Shown: piece by piece, positions 38,934-50,489 of the stretch
Position numbering within the stretch: the stretch's first letter is position 1
How the letters are laid out: every line of letters starts with the position of its first letter
NCBI GenBank assembly: GCA_964291265.2
Contig: OZ219747.1
Coordinates: 480,001 to 544,000, forward strand
Source: Alphaproteobacteria bacterium
GTDB taxonomy: Bacteria; Pseudomonadota; Alphaproteobacteria; SP197
Length of the DNA: 64,000 nucleotides
Reading direction: 5' to 3'
The notes under the pieces: generated by a model
Told to the model about the DNA's origin: nothing
Seen by the model: the letters and a program-made list of their open reading frames with translations, nothing else
Database searches by the model: none
Translations under genes and position numbers: made by a program

Positions 38934-40885
38934 TCAACGACATTCTCTGGTCCCCCAGCGCGGAGCGCCGGGAGGCGACGGCCCTCGTGCAGTTCCGGCG
39001 CCTGGCCGAACAGGCAAGCGGGCGGACGTTCCCGGACTACGAGTCGCTGTGGCGCTGGTCCATCGACGATCGGGCGTCCTTCTGGTCGCTCGTCTGGAAC
39101 TTCGCCGGCGTCAGGGCCTCCCGGACATGGGAGACGGTCCTCGACAACGGCGATGCCATGCCCGGAGCCCGCTGGTTCACCGGGGCCCGCCTCAACTATG
39201 CCGAGAACCTGCTTCGCAAACGTGACGACTCCATGGCCATCGTGTGCCGTGGAGAGGGTGATCGCAGGCGCGCCTTGACCTTCCGCGAACTCCATGACGC
39301 CGTCGCCGCCATGAGCGCCTGGCTTGCCGGTCGCGGAGTTCGCCGTGGCGATCGTGTCGCAGGATATCTCCCCAATCTGCCCGAGACGATTGTCGCCAAG
39401 CTGGCGACGGCCAGTCTGGGCGCGGTGTGGTCGTCCTCGTCACCGGATTTCGGCACCAGGGGCGTCCTCGACCGCTTCGGCCAGATCGACCCGAAGGTGC
39501 TGATCACCGCCGATGGCTATTCCTACGGCGGCCGCCATTTCGACAGCAGGGTGAGGGTGGCGGAGATTCTGCAAGCCATGCCCGGCATCGGGCATGTCGT
39601 CGTCGTTCCCTGGCTGGAACAGGCCTGCGACATGGGGGGGCTGCGGGATGCCGTGACCTGGCAGGAGGTGATGACAACAACCCACGACGGCATCGCCTTC
39701 GAGCAGGTGCCCTTCGATCACCCTCTTGCCATCCTCTATTCCTCGGGCACCACGGGTGCGCCCAAGTGCATCGTCCACGGCCACGGAGGCACCCTCCTCC
39801 AGCATCTCAAGGAACATCGGCTGCATTGCGACATCGGCGACGGAGACCGGCTGTTCTACTTCTCGACCTGCGGCTGGATGATGTGGAACTGGCAGGTAAG
39901 CGCCCTGGCAACGGGGGCCACCCTGGCGATCTACGATGGCCATCCGGCGTCGCCGGACGGCAACGTTCTGTGGGACTTCTGCCAGGATGAGAGGTTCACC
40001 GCATTCGGCGCCTCGGCAAAGTACTTCGCGGCCATCGAGAAGGAGGGAATCCGGCCGGCCCTCCGCCACGGTCTCGAGGATCTCCGTCTCGTTCTCTCCA
40101 CGGGCTCACCCCTGGCGCCAGGGAGCTTCGACTACATCTATCGCGACGTGAAGGCGGATGTTCAGCTGGCGTCGATCTCCGGCGGAACGGACATCATCTC
40201 CTGCTTCGTTCTCGGCAACCCCGTGGACCCCGTGCGCCGCGGGGAAATCCAGGCGCGCGGTCTCGGCATGGCGGTCGACATCTTCGATGACCGCGGCAAC
40301 AGCCTGCCCGCCGGCCAGGCGGGCGAACTCGTGTGCACGCGGCCGTTCCCTTCCATGCCGGTGGGATTCTGGAACGACGACGACGGCAACCTCTACCACC
40401 AGGCCTATTTCGACACCTTCGACAATGTCTGGCGGCACGGTGACTGGGCCGAGATCACGATGTCCGGCGGCGCCGTCATTCACGGACGTTCCGACACCGT
40501 GCTCAATCCCGGCGGCGTGCGCATCGGCACGGCCGAGATCTACCGCCAAGTGGACGTCTTCGAGGAAATCCAGGAGAGCCTCGCCGTCGGCCAGGATGTC
40601 GCCGGCGATGTCCGCATCATTCTCTTCGTGGTCATGCAACCGGGCCAGGAACTCGACGAAGACCTCGTCTCCAGGATCCGCCAGCGAATCCGTACCCACG
40701 CCTCTCCCCGCCACACGCCGGCACGGATCATCGCGGTGGCCGACATCCCGCGCACCCGGTCCAACAAGATCAGCGAACTCGCCGTGCGTCACGTCATTCA
40801 TGGCCGACCGGTGAGCAACACCGAGGCCCTTGCCAATCCCGAATCCCTGGGCCTCTTCGAGAACCTGGAAGCCCTGCAGGACTGA
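38930..40885 (+). CDS. Acetoacetate-CoA ligase
   Basis: LNYAENLL, YSSGTTGAPKCIVH, GWMMWNW, SGGTD, WRHGD, GRSD, GVRIGTAEIY; TTG start overlapping the phhB stop. Confidence 0.92.
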   Translation: MINDILWSPSAERREATALVQFRRLAEQASGRTFPDYESLWRWSIDDRASFWSLVWNFAGVRASRTWETVLDNGDAMPGARWFTGARLNYAENLLRKRDDSMAIVCRGEGDRRRALTFRELHDAVAAMSAWLAGRGVRRGDRVAGYLPNLPETIVAKLATASLGAVWSSSSPDFGTRGVLDRFGQIDPKVLITADGYSYGGRHFDSRVRVAEILQAMPGIGHVVVVPWLEQACDMGGLRDAVTWQEVMTTTHDGIAFEQVPFDHPLAILYSSGTTGAPKCIVHGHGGTLLQHLKEHRLHCDIGDGDRLFYFSTCGWMMWNWQVSALATGATLAIYDGHPASPDGNVLWDFCQDERFTAFGASAKYFAAIEKEGIRPALRHGLEDLRLVLSTGSPLAPGSFDYIYRDVKADVQLASISGGTDIISCFVLGNPVDPVRRGEIQARGLGMAVDIFDDRGNSLPAGQAGELVCTRPFPSMPVGFWNDDDGNLYHQAYFDTFDNVWRHGDWAEITMSGGAVIHGRSDTVLNPGGVRIGTAEIYRQVDVFEEIQESLAVGQDVAGDVRIILFVVMQPGQELDEDLVSRIRQRIRTHASPRHTPARIIAVADIPRTRSNKISELAVRHVIHGRPVSNTEALANPESLGLFENLEALQD

Positions 40886-41029
40886 TGTCCGCCACACGTT
40901 GTCTTGCGAGATGTGACAGGGATGGGCGTAACCCTGCGGAACGTGGCCGGGGCGGGCGTGAATCGCCGGGACAATCTGTGCTATGGGTCTCGCATGGCGA
41001 CGACACCCACAACCACGACACGGGACGGA

Positions 41030-41560
41030 ATGGCTGTCATGAACCCGAGTTCGCGCATCTTCACGAGCCTTCTGCTGGTTCTCGCAATCCTCGTGCCGGG
41101 TCCGGAAGCCGGGGCCGAGGAGCCGAGATCTCTGGGAACCTTCCGGGACTGGTCGGCCTTCGGCTACAACGATGGCGACACGCTTGTCTGCTTCATCGCC
41201 AGCCAGCCGACGAAGGCGGAAGGCAACTACACCCAGCGTGGCGACATCTGGATACTCGTCACGCACCGTTCTCCGGCAGGCGAGAGGGATGTCGTCGAAG
41301 TCCGAACGGGCTACAACTACATGGAGAATGCGCCGGTCACGGTGACGATCGGGAACGAGATCTTCACCCTGTTCGGCGAGGGCGAGAGTGCCTGGGCATT
41401 CACCCGCCATGATGACCGGGACCTCGTGACCGCCATGAAGGCCGGTGTCCAGATGGTCATCGAGGGGCGCTCCTGGCGGGGCACCGTGACCACCGACACC
41501 TATTCGCTGCTGGGCTTCACGGCAGCCTATGAGGCCATCAGCCAGACCTGCGCCGAATGA
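41030..41560 (+). CDS. Invasion-associated locus B (IalB) family exported protein
   Basis: Signal peptide, [29 protein letters not shown]. Confidence 0.8.
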   Translation: MAVMNPSSRIFTSLLLVLAILVPGPEAGAEEPRSLGTFRDWSAFGYNDGDTLVCFIASQPTKAEGNYTQRGDIWILVTHRSPAGERDVVEVRTGYNYMENAPVTVTIGNEIFTLFGEGESAWAFTRHDDRDLVTAMKAGVQMVIEGRSWRGTVTTDTYSLLGFTAAYEAISQTCAE

Positions 41561-42660
41561 CAGGTGCACCGGGGAATCTCATCGGGCTGGACCGGAGCCA
41601 ACTCGCTGACATCGTGGACGGACTCGGTGAGGCCCCGTTCCGTGTCAAGCAGCTCTGGCATTGGATCTATTGCCGCGGGGTCACCGATTTTGCGGACATG
41701 ACGTCCCTGTCGGGGCCCTTGCGCGAGAGACTTGCGGCGTCCTTCCGTCTCGACCGGCCCGACGTGGTGCGCCACCAGAAGAGCGCGGACGGGACCATGA
41801 AATGGCTGCTCGGCATGGACCGGCGCCACCTCGTCGAGAGCGTCTACATTCCTCAGGACGACAGGGGAGCACTGTGCATGTCGTCCCAGGTCGGCTGCAC
41901 GCTGACCTGCAGGTTCTGCCACACCGGTACGCAGCGTCTCGTGCGCAACCTGGAACCCGGAGAAATCGTCGGCCAGTTCATGCTCGCCCGCGACGCGCTG
42001 GATGAGTGGCCGGCGCCGGTGGACGGCAGACGGCTGCTCTCCAACGTCGTCATGATGGGCATGGGAGAGCCGCTCTACAATTTCGACAGCGTCAAGACAG
42101 CCCTTTCCATCATCATGGATCCCGAGGGCATTGCCCTGTCGCGCCGGCGCATCACGCTGTCGACCGCGGGGGTGGTGCCGATGATGAAGCGATGCGGCGA
42201 GGAACTCGGAGTCGATCTCGCCGTCTCCCTGCATGCGGTCGACGACGATGTCCGCACCCGCCTCGTCCCCCTCAACAGGAAGTACCCGATCGGCGACCTG
42301 CTCGATGCCTGCCGCGCATACCCCGGAACCGGCAACGCGCGACGCATCACCTTCGAGTACGTCATGCTCAGGGATGTCAACGATTCGGATGCCGATGCCC
42401 GGGAACTGGTCCGCCTGCTCAAGGGAATCCCGGCCAAGGTCAACCTCATCCCGTTCAATGCCTGGCCCGGGGCCCCGTTCGAATGTTCCCCGGCCAGGCG
42501 GATCGCCTCCTTCGCCGAAATCGTCAACGACGGCGGCTACTCCGCTCCCGTCCGGCGTCCGCGCGGACGGGACATCATGGCCGCCTGCGGACAACTCCGG
42601 TCCGACACCGTCAAGATGGCCCGCAGCGCCATGACTTCCACCCCGCCCCCTGCTTCGTGA
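41557..42660 (+). CDS. rlmN: 23S rRNA m2A2503 methyltransferase
   Basis: [13 protein letters not shown] radical-SAM motif, [21 protein letters not shown]. Confidence 0.95.
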   Translation: MTGAPGNLIGLDRSQLADIVDGLGEAPFRVKQLWHWIYCRGVTDFADMTSLSGPLRERLAASFRLDRPDVVRHQKSADGTMKWLLGMDRRHLVESVYIPQDDRGALCMSSQVGCTLTCRFCHTGTQRLVRNLEPGEIVGQFMLARDALDEWPAPVDGRRLLSNVVMMGMGEPLYNFDSVKTALSIIMDPEGIALSRRRITLSTAGVVPMMKRCGEELGVDLAVSLHAVDDDVRTRLVPLNRKYPIGDLLDACRAYPGTGNARRITFEYVMLRDVNDSDADARELVRLLKGIPAKVNLIPFNAWPGAPFECSPARRIASFAEIVNDGGYSAPVRRPRGRDIMAACGQLRSDTVKMARSAMTSTPPPAS

Positions 42661-42667
42661 GGAACCG

Positions 42668-43897
42668 ATGGACAAGCGTCACAGTTGGCCCGACCACCAC
42701 TGGAACTGGCCGATCGCCATCAACCACAAGCACGGAGTGCGCTGTGGCTCGATGATCTGGTTGGGCGGTCAGGTCGATCTCGCCCCCGATGGGGCGGTCC
42801 GCAATCCCGGGGACATCGAGGCCCAGACCGGCAATGCGATGGCCTATCTCGTCCGGGTCCTTGAAGACCTCGACTGTGCGCCGCAGGACCTCGTCACGCT
42901 TCTCATCTTCTACGTCAACGACGGCTCCCTCGACGAGTCGGATCTGCTTGCCATGGTAGCGCGCCATCTCCCGGATGACTGCCGTCTCACCGTCAACGCC
43001 GTTCCGGTTCCCTGGCTGGCCTACGAGGGTCTCACGATCGAGATCGAGGGCTATGCCATGCGCCGCAGGAACGGCACGCCGACACGCAGGGACATCGCCG
43101 CCGGACGGTCAGGCTCTCCCCTCGCCGCACCCTGGGTGGAGGGATTGCGGTCGGACAGCATGATCTTCGTGTCGGCCCAGTATCCGTTTGACGACGAGGG
43201 CCGCGTTGCGGCAAAGGGCGACATCGTCGCCCAGACCCGGCTGGTCATGAAGCGCGCAGAGCATGTCCTCGACCACTTCGGCGCCGGATTCGACGATGCC
43301 GTCAAGATCAACCGCTGGTATTCCGGCGGCTCCGGCATTGCCGATTTCGAGGCAGCCGCCCTTGCCTGCGCGGCACATTTCCAGGAACCGGGACCGGCCG
43401 CCACCGGCGTCCCCATCCCGCGTCATGCCGACCGCGATGTCCTCATCAAGATCTCCATGGTCGCCATGCTCGGCGAGGACGGCGAGCGTCTCGAGCGCAC
43501 CCATGCATGGCCCGACAGCCTGTGGGACTGGCATGTCCATCTTCCCTACAAGCACGGGCTCAAGTGCCGGGACATGATCTTCCTCGGAGGCCAGGTCTCC
43601 CTCGACCGGAGGGGCGAAGCGGTTCACCCTGACGATCTCTCGCGCCAGACACACCAGGCGATGACCCATGTCGGCACCATTCTCGAGGCCCTGGGGGCCG
43701 GCTACAACGACGTGTGCAAGGTGACGACAGTCTACAAGGGCGATTGCGGCGCCGAGGCGCTCAACGCCAACCTGCCCATCCGCTCCTCCTACTTCCATGA
43801 TCCCGGCCCCGCCTCCACCGGCGTGCCGCTTCCGGTCCTCGCCTATGATTCCATGGTGATCGAGATCGATGTCTTCGCCATGACGGAATCGTCATGA
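42668..43897 (+). CDS. Protein with three tandem Rid (YjgF/YER057c/UK114) domains
   Basis: Three repeats of I(W/F)(L/V)(G/S)(G/A)Q...QT...L.....IEI. Confidence 0.8.
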   Translation: MDKRHSWPDHHWNWPIAINHKHGVRCGSMIWLGGQVDLAPDGAVRNPGDIEAQTGNAMAYLVRVLEDLDCAPQDLVTLLIFYVNDGSLDESDLLAMVARHLPDDCRLTVNAVPVPWLAYEGLTIEIEGYAMRRRNGTPTRRDIAAGRSGSPLAAPWVEGLRSDSMIFVSAQYPFDDEGRVAAKGDIVAQTRLVMKRAEHVLDHFGAGFDDAVKINRWYSGGSGIADFEAAALACAAHFQEPGPAATGVPIPRHADRDVLIKISMVAMLGEDGERLERTHAWPDSLWDWHVHLPYKHGLKCRDMIFLGGQVSLDRRGEAVHPDDLSRQTHQAMTHVGTILEALGAGYNDVCKVTTVYKGDCGAEALNANLPIRSSYFHDPGPASTGVPLPVLAYDSMVIEIDVFAMTESS

Positions 43898-45096
43898 GCA
43901 ACGTCAGGAAGGTCGTCCTCGCCTACTCCGGAGGCCTCGACACCTCGGTCATTCTGCGCTGGCTCCAGGACACCTGGCAGTGCGAGGTGGTGACGTTCAC
44001 GGCGGACCTCGGGCAGGGAGAGGACCTCGCGCCGGCGCGCGCCAAGGCCGCCATGATGGGCGTCAAGGAGATCTTCATCGAGGATCTGCGCGAGGAGTTC
44101 GCCGCGAACTTCGTGTGGCCGATGTTCCGGGCCAACGCCCTCTACGAGGGTGTCTACCTCCTCGGTACGGCGATCGCCCGGCCGCTCATCGCCATGCGCC
44201 AGATCGGCATCGCCCATGAGACCGGCGCCGATGCCGTGGCCCATGGCGCAACGGGAAAGGGCAACGACCAGGTCCGGTTCGAACTCGGCTACCAGGCGCT
44301 CGATCCCGACATCAGGGTGATCGCCCCGTGGCGGGAATGGGACCTTGCCTCGCGCACGAAGTTGATCGCCTATGCCGAGAGCCGGCAGATTCCCATTCCC
44401 CGCGACAGCCGGGGCGAGGCCCCCTTCTCGGTCGACGCCAACCTCCTCCACGTTTCGGCCGAGGGAAAGGTCCTGGAGGACCCGGCATCGGCCCCACCCG
44501 ATCACGTCTGGTCGCGGACCGTGTCTGCGCAGGACGCACCGGACGTTCCCACGGAAGTGGAGATCGGCTTCGAAAGGGGCGACGCCGTGGCCATCGACGG
44601 CGAGGGCCTGTCGCCGGCGACCCTCCTCGCCCGCCTCAACGAACTCGGCGGCGCCAACGGGATCGGCCGCGTCGACATGGTGGAAAACCGTTTCATCGGG
44701 ATGAAGAGCCGCGGCGTCTACGAGACCCCGGGAGGCACCATCCTGATCGCCGCCCACCGGGCCATGGAGTCGCTGACCCTGGACAGGGGCGCCGCCCATC
44801 TCAAGGACGAGCTCATGCCGCGGTACGCGGAGCTCATCTACAACGGCTTCTGGTTTTCCCCGGAACGCGAGATGCTCCAGGCGCTGATCGACCGCAGCCA
44901 GGAACATGTCTCCGGCACGGTGCGCCTGACGCTCTACAAGGGAAATGTCACGGTCACCGGGCGCCGTTCGCCGCACTCGCTCTACAGTCTCGCCCACGTC
45001 ACCTTCGAGGAAGATGCCGTCTACAACCAGCGCGACGCCGAGGGGTTCATCCGCCTCAATGCCTTGCGCCTCGCCCTCGCCAGCAAGCGCCGCTGA
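43894..45096 (+). CDS. argG: Argininosuccinate synthase
   Basis: [35 protein letters not shown]. Confidence 0.97.
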   Translation: MSNVRKVVLAYSGGLDTSVILRWLQDTWQCEVVTFTADLGQGEDLAPARAKAAMMGVKEIFIEDLREEFAANFVWPMFRANALYEGVYLLGTAIARPLIAMRQIGIAHETGADAVAHGATGKGNDQVRFELGYQALDPDIRVIAPWREWDLASRTKLIAYAESRQIPIPRDSRGEAPFSVDANLLHVSAEGKVLEDPASAPPDHVWSRTVSAQDAPDVPTEVEIGFERGDAVAIDGEGLSPATLLARLNELGGANGIGRVDMVENRFIGMKSRGVYETPGGTILIAAHRAMESLTLDRGAAHLKDELMPRYAELIYNGFWFSPEREMLQALIDRSQEHVSGTVRLTLYKGNVTVTGRRSPHSLYSLAHVTFEEDAVYNQRDAEGFIRLNALRLALASKRR

Positions 45097-45100
45097 GCCA

Positions 45101-45994
45101 TCACCCTTCGGGCACATCGACCCGGTTCTGCCGGCACGCAGCGTGCAGCGTGTTCACCAGCAGGCAGGCGATGGTCATCGGTCCGACGCCGCCTGGAACC
45201 GGCGTGATGGCGCCTGCAACCTCGACCGCTTCCCCGAAACAGACATCGCCGACGAGTCGCGTCCTGCCGTCCTCGCGGGCCAGGCGGTTGACGCCGACAT
45301 CGATGACCGTGGCGCCCGGCCTGATCCAGTCGCCGCGCACCATCTCGGGACGGCCGACAGCGGCCACCACGATATCGGCCCGGCGCACCACGTCCGGCAG
45401 GTCGCGGGTACGCGAGTGGGCAATCGTCACCGTGCAGTGATCCTGGAGAAGCAGCTGCGCCATGGGCTTGCCAACGATGTTCGAGCGGCCGACGATCACC
45501 GCGTTGGCGCCCTCCAGGCCGTGCGCCCCGAGAGTTTCGCGCAGCAGGATGCGGCAGCCCAGCGGCGTGCACGGCACCATGGCGTCCTGGCCTGAAGACA
45601 GGCGGCCGGTGTTGATGGCATGGAAGCCGTCGACGTCCTTGAGAGGATCGATGGCGTCGATAACCTGGTGTTCGTCGACCTGATCGGGCAACGGCAGCTG
45701 GACCAGGATCCCGTTGACCTCGTCGGATGCATTGAGTTCGGCGACCCTGGCGAGCACCTCTTCGGCCGTCGAGGAGGCCGGCATGCGGAACTCGAAACTC
45801 TCCATGCCCGCTTCCCGGGTCGCCTTTCCCTTGCTCCTGACATAGACGTCGCTGGCCGGGTCCTCGCCGACGAGCACGACGGCCAGTCCGGGCTTCACCC
45901 CCGAGGTCGCCGTCAATCGCGCCACCCGGGCCGCCACATCCCGGCGCACCTTCAGGGCGACGGCCCTGCCGTCAATGATCGTTGCCTTGCCCAT
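45101..45994 (-). CDS. folD: Methylenetetrahydrofolate dehydrogenase/cyclohydrolase
   Basis: [43 protein letters not shown]. Confidence 0.97.
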   Translation of the reverse strand: MGKATIIDGRAVALKVRRDVAARVARLTATSGVKPGLAVVLVGEDPASDVYVRSKGKATREAGMESFEFRMPASSTAEEVLARVAELNASDEVNGILVQLPLPDQVDEHQVIDAIDPLKDVDGFHAINTGRLSSGQDAMVPCTPLGCRILLRETLGAHGLEGANAVIVGRSNIVGKPMAQLLLQDHCTVTIAHSRTRDLPDVVRRADIVVAAVGRPEMVRGDWIRPGATVIDVGVNRLAREDGRTRLVGDVCFGEAVEVAGAITPVPGGVGPMTIACLLVNTLHAACRQNRVDVPEG

Positions 45995-46215
45995 GACTGC
46001 CGCTCCGCCCACGTCTTCCGAGGAGGCACCCATAGTGAACCGCGCGCCGCGCCGTCAAGGACGGATCGCACGCGCGTCGGCGGTCACGGTCTGGTCTTCA
46101 CCGTCACGGTCGACACGATCCACGGTCCGGGCGCCTGGTCGCTGACAGCACACCGCTTCTTCGAACGCAACTGTGGTACCGTGAAGATGCCCGGGGACCG
46201 GTGGTTCCGTAATGT

Positions 46216-46944
46216 CTCACCTTGACTTTCTGGGCCGTCGGCCCGTTCCGGGCTTGGGGCTTGGTTTGTTCGGCTCCGGCGCCACGCGCGTCGATCAAGC
46301 CCACGATCCATTCCATGTCGTGAAGCGTGTTAGTGATCCCTGCGGCCATCGTCGGCGTCACCCGGAGCGTCTTGTGGACGCGCACGAAGTTGTAATGAAG
46401 GTAGAGTGACAGCGCGTGAAGGTGGTTCTCGATCTTCTTGGAGAACGCATTGGTCAGCCGCATGAACCGGCGCATCCCCATCCGCATCGAAAGATTGGAG
46501 CGCTCCACGTAGGACATGCTGATGTGACGCTTGTCGGGATTGCCCTCGACCTTGCGCCTGCGCGTACCGATGCACTCTTCATGAACTCGATAGCCGTCTG
46601 GCCGGATCGGTCCCCGACTTCGTAGGCCAGGATCATCTTGCTGTCGGCATCGAGGCTCGTCCAGGTCCAGAAGTCCCCGACATCGGACGGCGCGGCCGTC
46701 GCGCACTTGACGTTCTTCTGCTTGGCATAGCAGAAGGACCAAATCTCGTCGCACTGGATGCGGCGGGTGTGAACATTCCGGACAGCCTCGTCATGGTAGG
46801 CCGCACAAGCCTCGCCAGCGTCGACCAAAAGCTTCGTCACAGTGTTGACCGAGACTCCGGCCGCGCGGTTGATAGATCGCATGGACATGCCTTCAACAAG
46901 CATGTTGAGGATCGGCACTCGCTTGGATGTTGGAAGCCTGTTTA
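46216..46944 (-). pseudogene. IS1-family-like DDE transposase, inactivated
   Basis: LVEGMSMRS, IQCDEIWSF, SYVERSNLSMRM, RLTNAFSKK, YNFVRVHKTL; start mutated to ATA, internal deletion near 46578. Confidence 0.8.
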
Positions 46945-46989
46945 TGCCCCTGATCTAGGGGCACAATCACCTGTTGTCAAGCATTATTT

Positions 46990-47229
46990 TCAGTTTAAGT
47001 AGGTATTCGGGTCCAAGGGCAGCAGGTCAAGACCATACGCCGCCAATGCCCGTTCGATCTCCTCAAGTTGCGCTTGTGTGTAACCGTCATCTTCCAAGGG
47101 GCGAGGAATCGAGATTAGTTTTCCGTTGTGGGTAAAGCGCAGGGAGGCCTCGGTATCCAAGTCCTCCCTGCGCTCGCACATTTGACCCACGATTCTAGCG
47201 AACACTACCTCTGCTGGGTGAATGACCAT
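46990..47229 (-). CDS. Hypothetical 79-aa protein (possibly HicA-like)
   Basis: TGATG-coupled to the upstream ORF; lower GC; function is inference. Confidence 0.55.
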   Translation of the reverse strand: MVIHPAEVVFARIVGQMCERREDLDTEASLRFTHNGKLISIPRPLEDDGYTQAQLEEIERALAAYGLDLLPLDPNTYLN

Positions 47230-47531
47230 CAGGCCGCAACCGCTTCTCTCATCCATGGCACCACTCCAGCCAGACCCGGCACTGGCGACATGCGTGCCTC
47301 GTCACTGCGTTGTTCCACCCACTTCTTGAATGCTTGAAATGACATCTCGGGAACGAAAGTAACATCTTCGTTGTAGTTCTCTTTGAAGAGTACCGAGAGT
47401 GTGGGCGCGACTTCCATAAAGGCGATCTTCAGGTTCTTGTGGGCTACACAGAGACCTTGCGTCTTGGAATCGCCAGACGTGAAGAAGTGCGCACCATCCA
47501 CGCACTTGTACAGAACCTTAACGGCTTGCAT
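47229..47531 (-). CDS. Hypothetical 100-aa protein (HicB/DUF1902-like N-terminal pattern)
   Basis: GGAGG RBS; HFFTS.D...GLCVAH..L..AF.EV...L resembles the HicB partial RNase H fold. Confidence 0.6.
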   Translation of the reverse strand: MQAVKVLYKCVDGAHFFTSGDSKTQGLCVAHKNLKIAFMEVAPTLSVLFKENYNEDVTFVPEMSFQAFKKWVEQRSDEARMSPVPGLAGVVPWMREAVAA

Positions 47532-47536
47532 GGTTC

Positions 47537-47755
47537 TCACCTCCATCTCGCGTTCGCAGCCTTGGCTGCGGTCTCGCTTCGTTTCTCGGGCGTGAGCGCA
47601 TCCGCTCGCGCAATACCACCAACGCGACCCGCCTTGGCTCGCCCTGGCGTCTGATAGGTTGTCTCCTTGATCTCGCCTGTGGCGATCTTGGCGACATGGA
47701 CGGCGCAGCCCACGACACCAGCAGGGCGCATTTCGCCCCGTGGTCCTTCAGGCAC
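47537..47755 (-). CDS. Small basic protein associated with IS1-like elements
   Basis: PEGPRGEMRPAGVVGCAVHVAKIATGE...GGIARADALTPEKRSE.A.KAA.ARW. Confidence 0.7.
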   Translation of the reverse strand: MPEGPRGEMRPAGVVGCAVHVAKIATGEIKETTYQTPGRAKAGRVGGIARADALTPEKRSETAAKAANARWR

Positions 47756-48290
47756 GCCTTCGACGCCCCATTGTGCTGTCGATCATGATCTTGCTCCTCC
47801 TGTTGGGCCGCACACGATAGTGCGCGCGGACAACAAACCCACTCTACTTGGCGGCGGACCAGATTGTCTACATGTGGTGATTCCCTGGGAACTTCCCAAG
47901 GCGGTGTCGGGAAAATTGTTCCGTTGACCCCGTTTCGTCAAGTCCTCACTGTGTTGGGCCGGAACGGAACATCAGAGGACGAGAGATGAGATGCCTTGCA
48001 CTCGCGGTCGTGGCACTGATCGCGGTTCCGGCGGTTGCCGAAGAGGTGAGCGATCAAGATCGTTTGAGTTATGGACCGGGTGCGGGAATGTGGATCTTCT
48101 AGTCGGGCACCTGCCCGACGACGCCGAGGCGATCGGACTTCACAGAGGAGACATCGAAACAGCTGTGCGGAGCCGTTTGCGCGGTGCCTGCATCTATGGC
48201 AGTCCCGCACGTTCGTATCTCCATTTGAATGTTCATGTCGTGGAATGCACCGGGCGCACGAGGACACCCGGAACCCTGGAGGAACCTGAC

Positions 48291-49961
48291 TTGGTCAAGC
48301 CAAGAGAAACCCCGACCTGGGACTACATCATCATCGGCGCCGGATCCGCCGGCTGCGTCCTGGCCAATCGCCTGAGCGAAGGCGGCCAGCACTCGGTCCT
48401 GCTCCTCGAGGCCGGTCCTGCGGACCGCAACCTGATGATTCATGTGCCAGCGGGCGTTCACAAGGTCTACAAGGACCCGAAGATCAACTGGGGCTACGTC
48501 ACCGAGGGCGAACCGGACGCCTTCGACCGCCGCATCGACACGCCGCGAGGCAAGGTCGTCGGCGGGTCCTCGTCGATCAATTCCATGGTCTACATGCGCG
48601 GTCATCCCCGTGACTACGACCGCTGGGGCGAGGACTTCAATCTGCCGAAATGGAGCTACGCTCAATGCCTGCCCTACTTCAAGGCCGGCGAAACGAGCGA
48701 CCGGGGTCCAAGTGACTGGCGCGGCGGGTCGGGGCCGCTCAACACGACACGCGGCAAGCTCGACTGTCCTCTCTTCGATGTCTTTCTGGAAGCCGGCAGG
48801 CAGTCGGATCAAGGATGTTCCGATGACCTCAACGCCTACCAACCGGAGGGCATCGCCCGTTTCGACAGCACCACGCGCAACGGCCGGCGCTGCAGCGCCG
48901 CCGTGGCCCACCTCAGGCCCGCCCTTCAACGGAGCAACTGCACGCTGCTGACCGGCGCCATGGTCCACAGGCTGCTGATCGAGGGCAACCGAGCGTCGGG
49001 GGTCGAATTCATGCATCGCGGCGAGCGCCGGACGGTCGCGGCGGAACGCGAGGTGATCCTCTCGGGTGGCGCCATCAACTCGCCTCAGACACTCATGCTG
49101 TCAGGCATCGGCCCGGCCGATCATCTGCGCGGGCACGGGATCGACGTGAAGCTGGATCTTCCGGGTGTGGGGCGCAACCTGCAGGATCATCCGACCGTCA
49201 TCGTCAAGTACGCCTGCACAAGGCCGATGACAATCCACAGGGCGCTCGCTCCGGTCAACCAGCTGATGGCCGGCATGCAGTGGATTGTGACGCGGCGCGG
49301 ACCCGCGGCATCCAATTTCTGGGAGGCAGGAGGCCTGGTTCGCAGCAGTGACGACATGGACTATCCCGATGTCGAGTACCACTTCGGCCCGGCCGGCGTC
49401 AGCTTTCGCGACGACGACAGCATCGTGCTCGATCAGGCGTTCTCACTGCATGTCGACCAGTCCCGCCCGACGAGTGTCGGGCACATCGACCTGCGGTCCG
49501 CCAATCCGGCGGACAAGCCGAGACTTCACTTCAACTACCTGTCGACCGAGGACGACCGCCGGCGTTTCGTGCGGAGCATCCGCAAGGCGAGGGAACTCGT
49601 CGCGCAGGAGGCATTCGATCCCTATCGCGGCGAGGAACTCCTTCCCGGCCCGGATGCGACGACCGACAAGGACATTCTCGACTGCATCAGGGGCCTGATG
49701 GAAACCGACTATCACCCGTCATGTACCTGCCGCATGGGCAACGATGCCGACGCCGTGGTGGACCAGGAAATGCGGGTTCACGGCGTGGAGGGTCTGCGTG
49801 TCGTCGACGCCTCGGTCATGCCCAGGATCACCTGTGCGAACCTGAACGCACCGACCCAGATGATCGCCGCCCGCGCCGCCGACTTTGTCCGCGGCAAGGA
49901 ACAACTCGAGCCCTTCCACGCGACGTTCCACTTCACCGAGGAGGCGCCCGCCAAGCACTGA
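48291..49961 (+). CDS. GMC oxidoreductase (choline dehydrogenase BetA-like)
   Basis: IIGAGSAGCVLANRL, RGKVVGGSSSIN, GRNLQDH, YHPSCTCRMG, VVDASVMP; GGAGG then TTG at 48291. Confidence 0.88.
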   Translation: MVKPRETPTWDYIIIGAGSAGCVLANRLSEGGQHSVLLLEAGPADRNLMIHVPAGVHKVYKDPKINWGYVTEGEPDAFDRRIDTPRGKVVGGSSSINSMVYMRGHPRDYDRWGEDFNLPKWSYAQCLPYFKAGETSDRGPSDWRGGSGPLNTTRGKLDCPLFDVFLEAGRQSDQGCSDDLNAYQPEGIARFDSTTRNGRRCSAAVAHLRPALQRSNCTLLTGAMVHRLLIEGNRASGVEFMHRGERRTVAAEREVILSGGAINSPQTLMLSGIGPADHLRGHGIDVKLDLPGVGRNLQDHPTVIVKYACTRPMTIHRALAPVNQLMAGMQWIVTRRGPAASNFWEAGGLVRSSDDMDYPDVEYHFGPAGVSFRDDDSIVLDQAFSLHVDQSRPTSVGHIDLRSANPADKPRLHFNYLSTEDDRRRFVRSIRKARELVAQEAFDPYRGEELLPGPDATTDKDILDCIRGLMETDYHPSCTCRMGNDADAVVDQEMRVHGVEGLRVVDASVMPRITCANLNAPTQMIAARAADFVRGKEQLEPFHATFHFTEEAPAKH

Positions 49962-50167
49962 GGCGACCATGCGGGCCGCCTGCGAAGAGGACCCGCATCA
50001 AGCCTCTATCCGTGGGTCCTGAGGCGGATCGTCATCGTCGTGACACCCGAAGAGGACGACCGGCTGGTCGGTCGGTCTCATGCGCCCCTGGCACGTTGTC
50101 CCGGCGCCGAGAATCGAACCGGGCAGCGTCCGGAGGTGGCGTCATCGGCGCGTTGACGAGAACCCGG

Positions 50168-50467
50168 CTAGCGAATCGAGAACGCCATCTCCGCCAGCAT
50201 GCGGCGGGCGAAGCCGACCAGAACGAGGGCGATCAGCGGTGAGGCGTCGATGCCGCCAAGGTCGCCGAACAGGCGGCGCAGGACCTGCCGTATGGGAGCC
50301 AGGACCGGCTCGGTGACTTGCCAGAGAAAGTGGCCGACCTGACTGACGAACGGCTGGCGGGCGTTGATGACATTGAATGCAACCAACCAGCTCAGGATGA
50401 CGTGCAGGATGAGAACCCAGAAGTAGATGCTGAGCAAGGCGTCAGCAAGCCAGAAGATGGACTGCAT
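50168..50467 (-). CDS. yggT: YggT family membrane protein
   Basis: ILSWLVAFNVIN, VTEPVLAPIR, GGIDASP. Confidence 0.9.
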   Translation of the reverse strand: MQSIFWLADALLSIYFWVLILHVILSWLVAFNVINARQPFVSQVGHFLWQVTEPVLAPIRQVLRRLFGDLGGIDASPLIALVLVGFARRMLAEMAFSIR

Positions 50468-50489
50468 GGAACCTGCGTCTCCCTTGTCA

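Larger units (their letters stand above)
46208..47952 (-). mobile_element. IS1-like element with passenger genes
   Basis: Ends CGTAATGTCTCACCTTGAC and GTCAAGTCCTCACTG (imperfect IR), transposase pseudogene plus 3 small ORFs; boundaries approximate. Confidence 0.7.
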
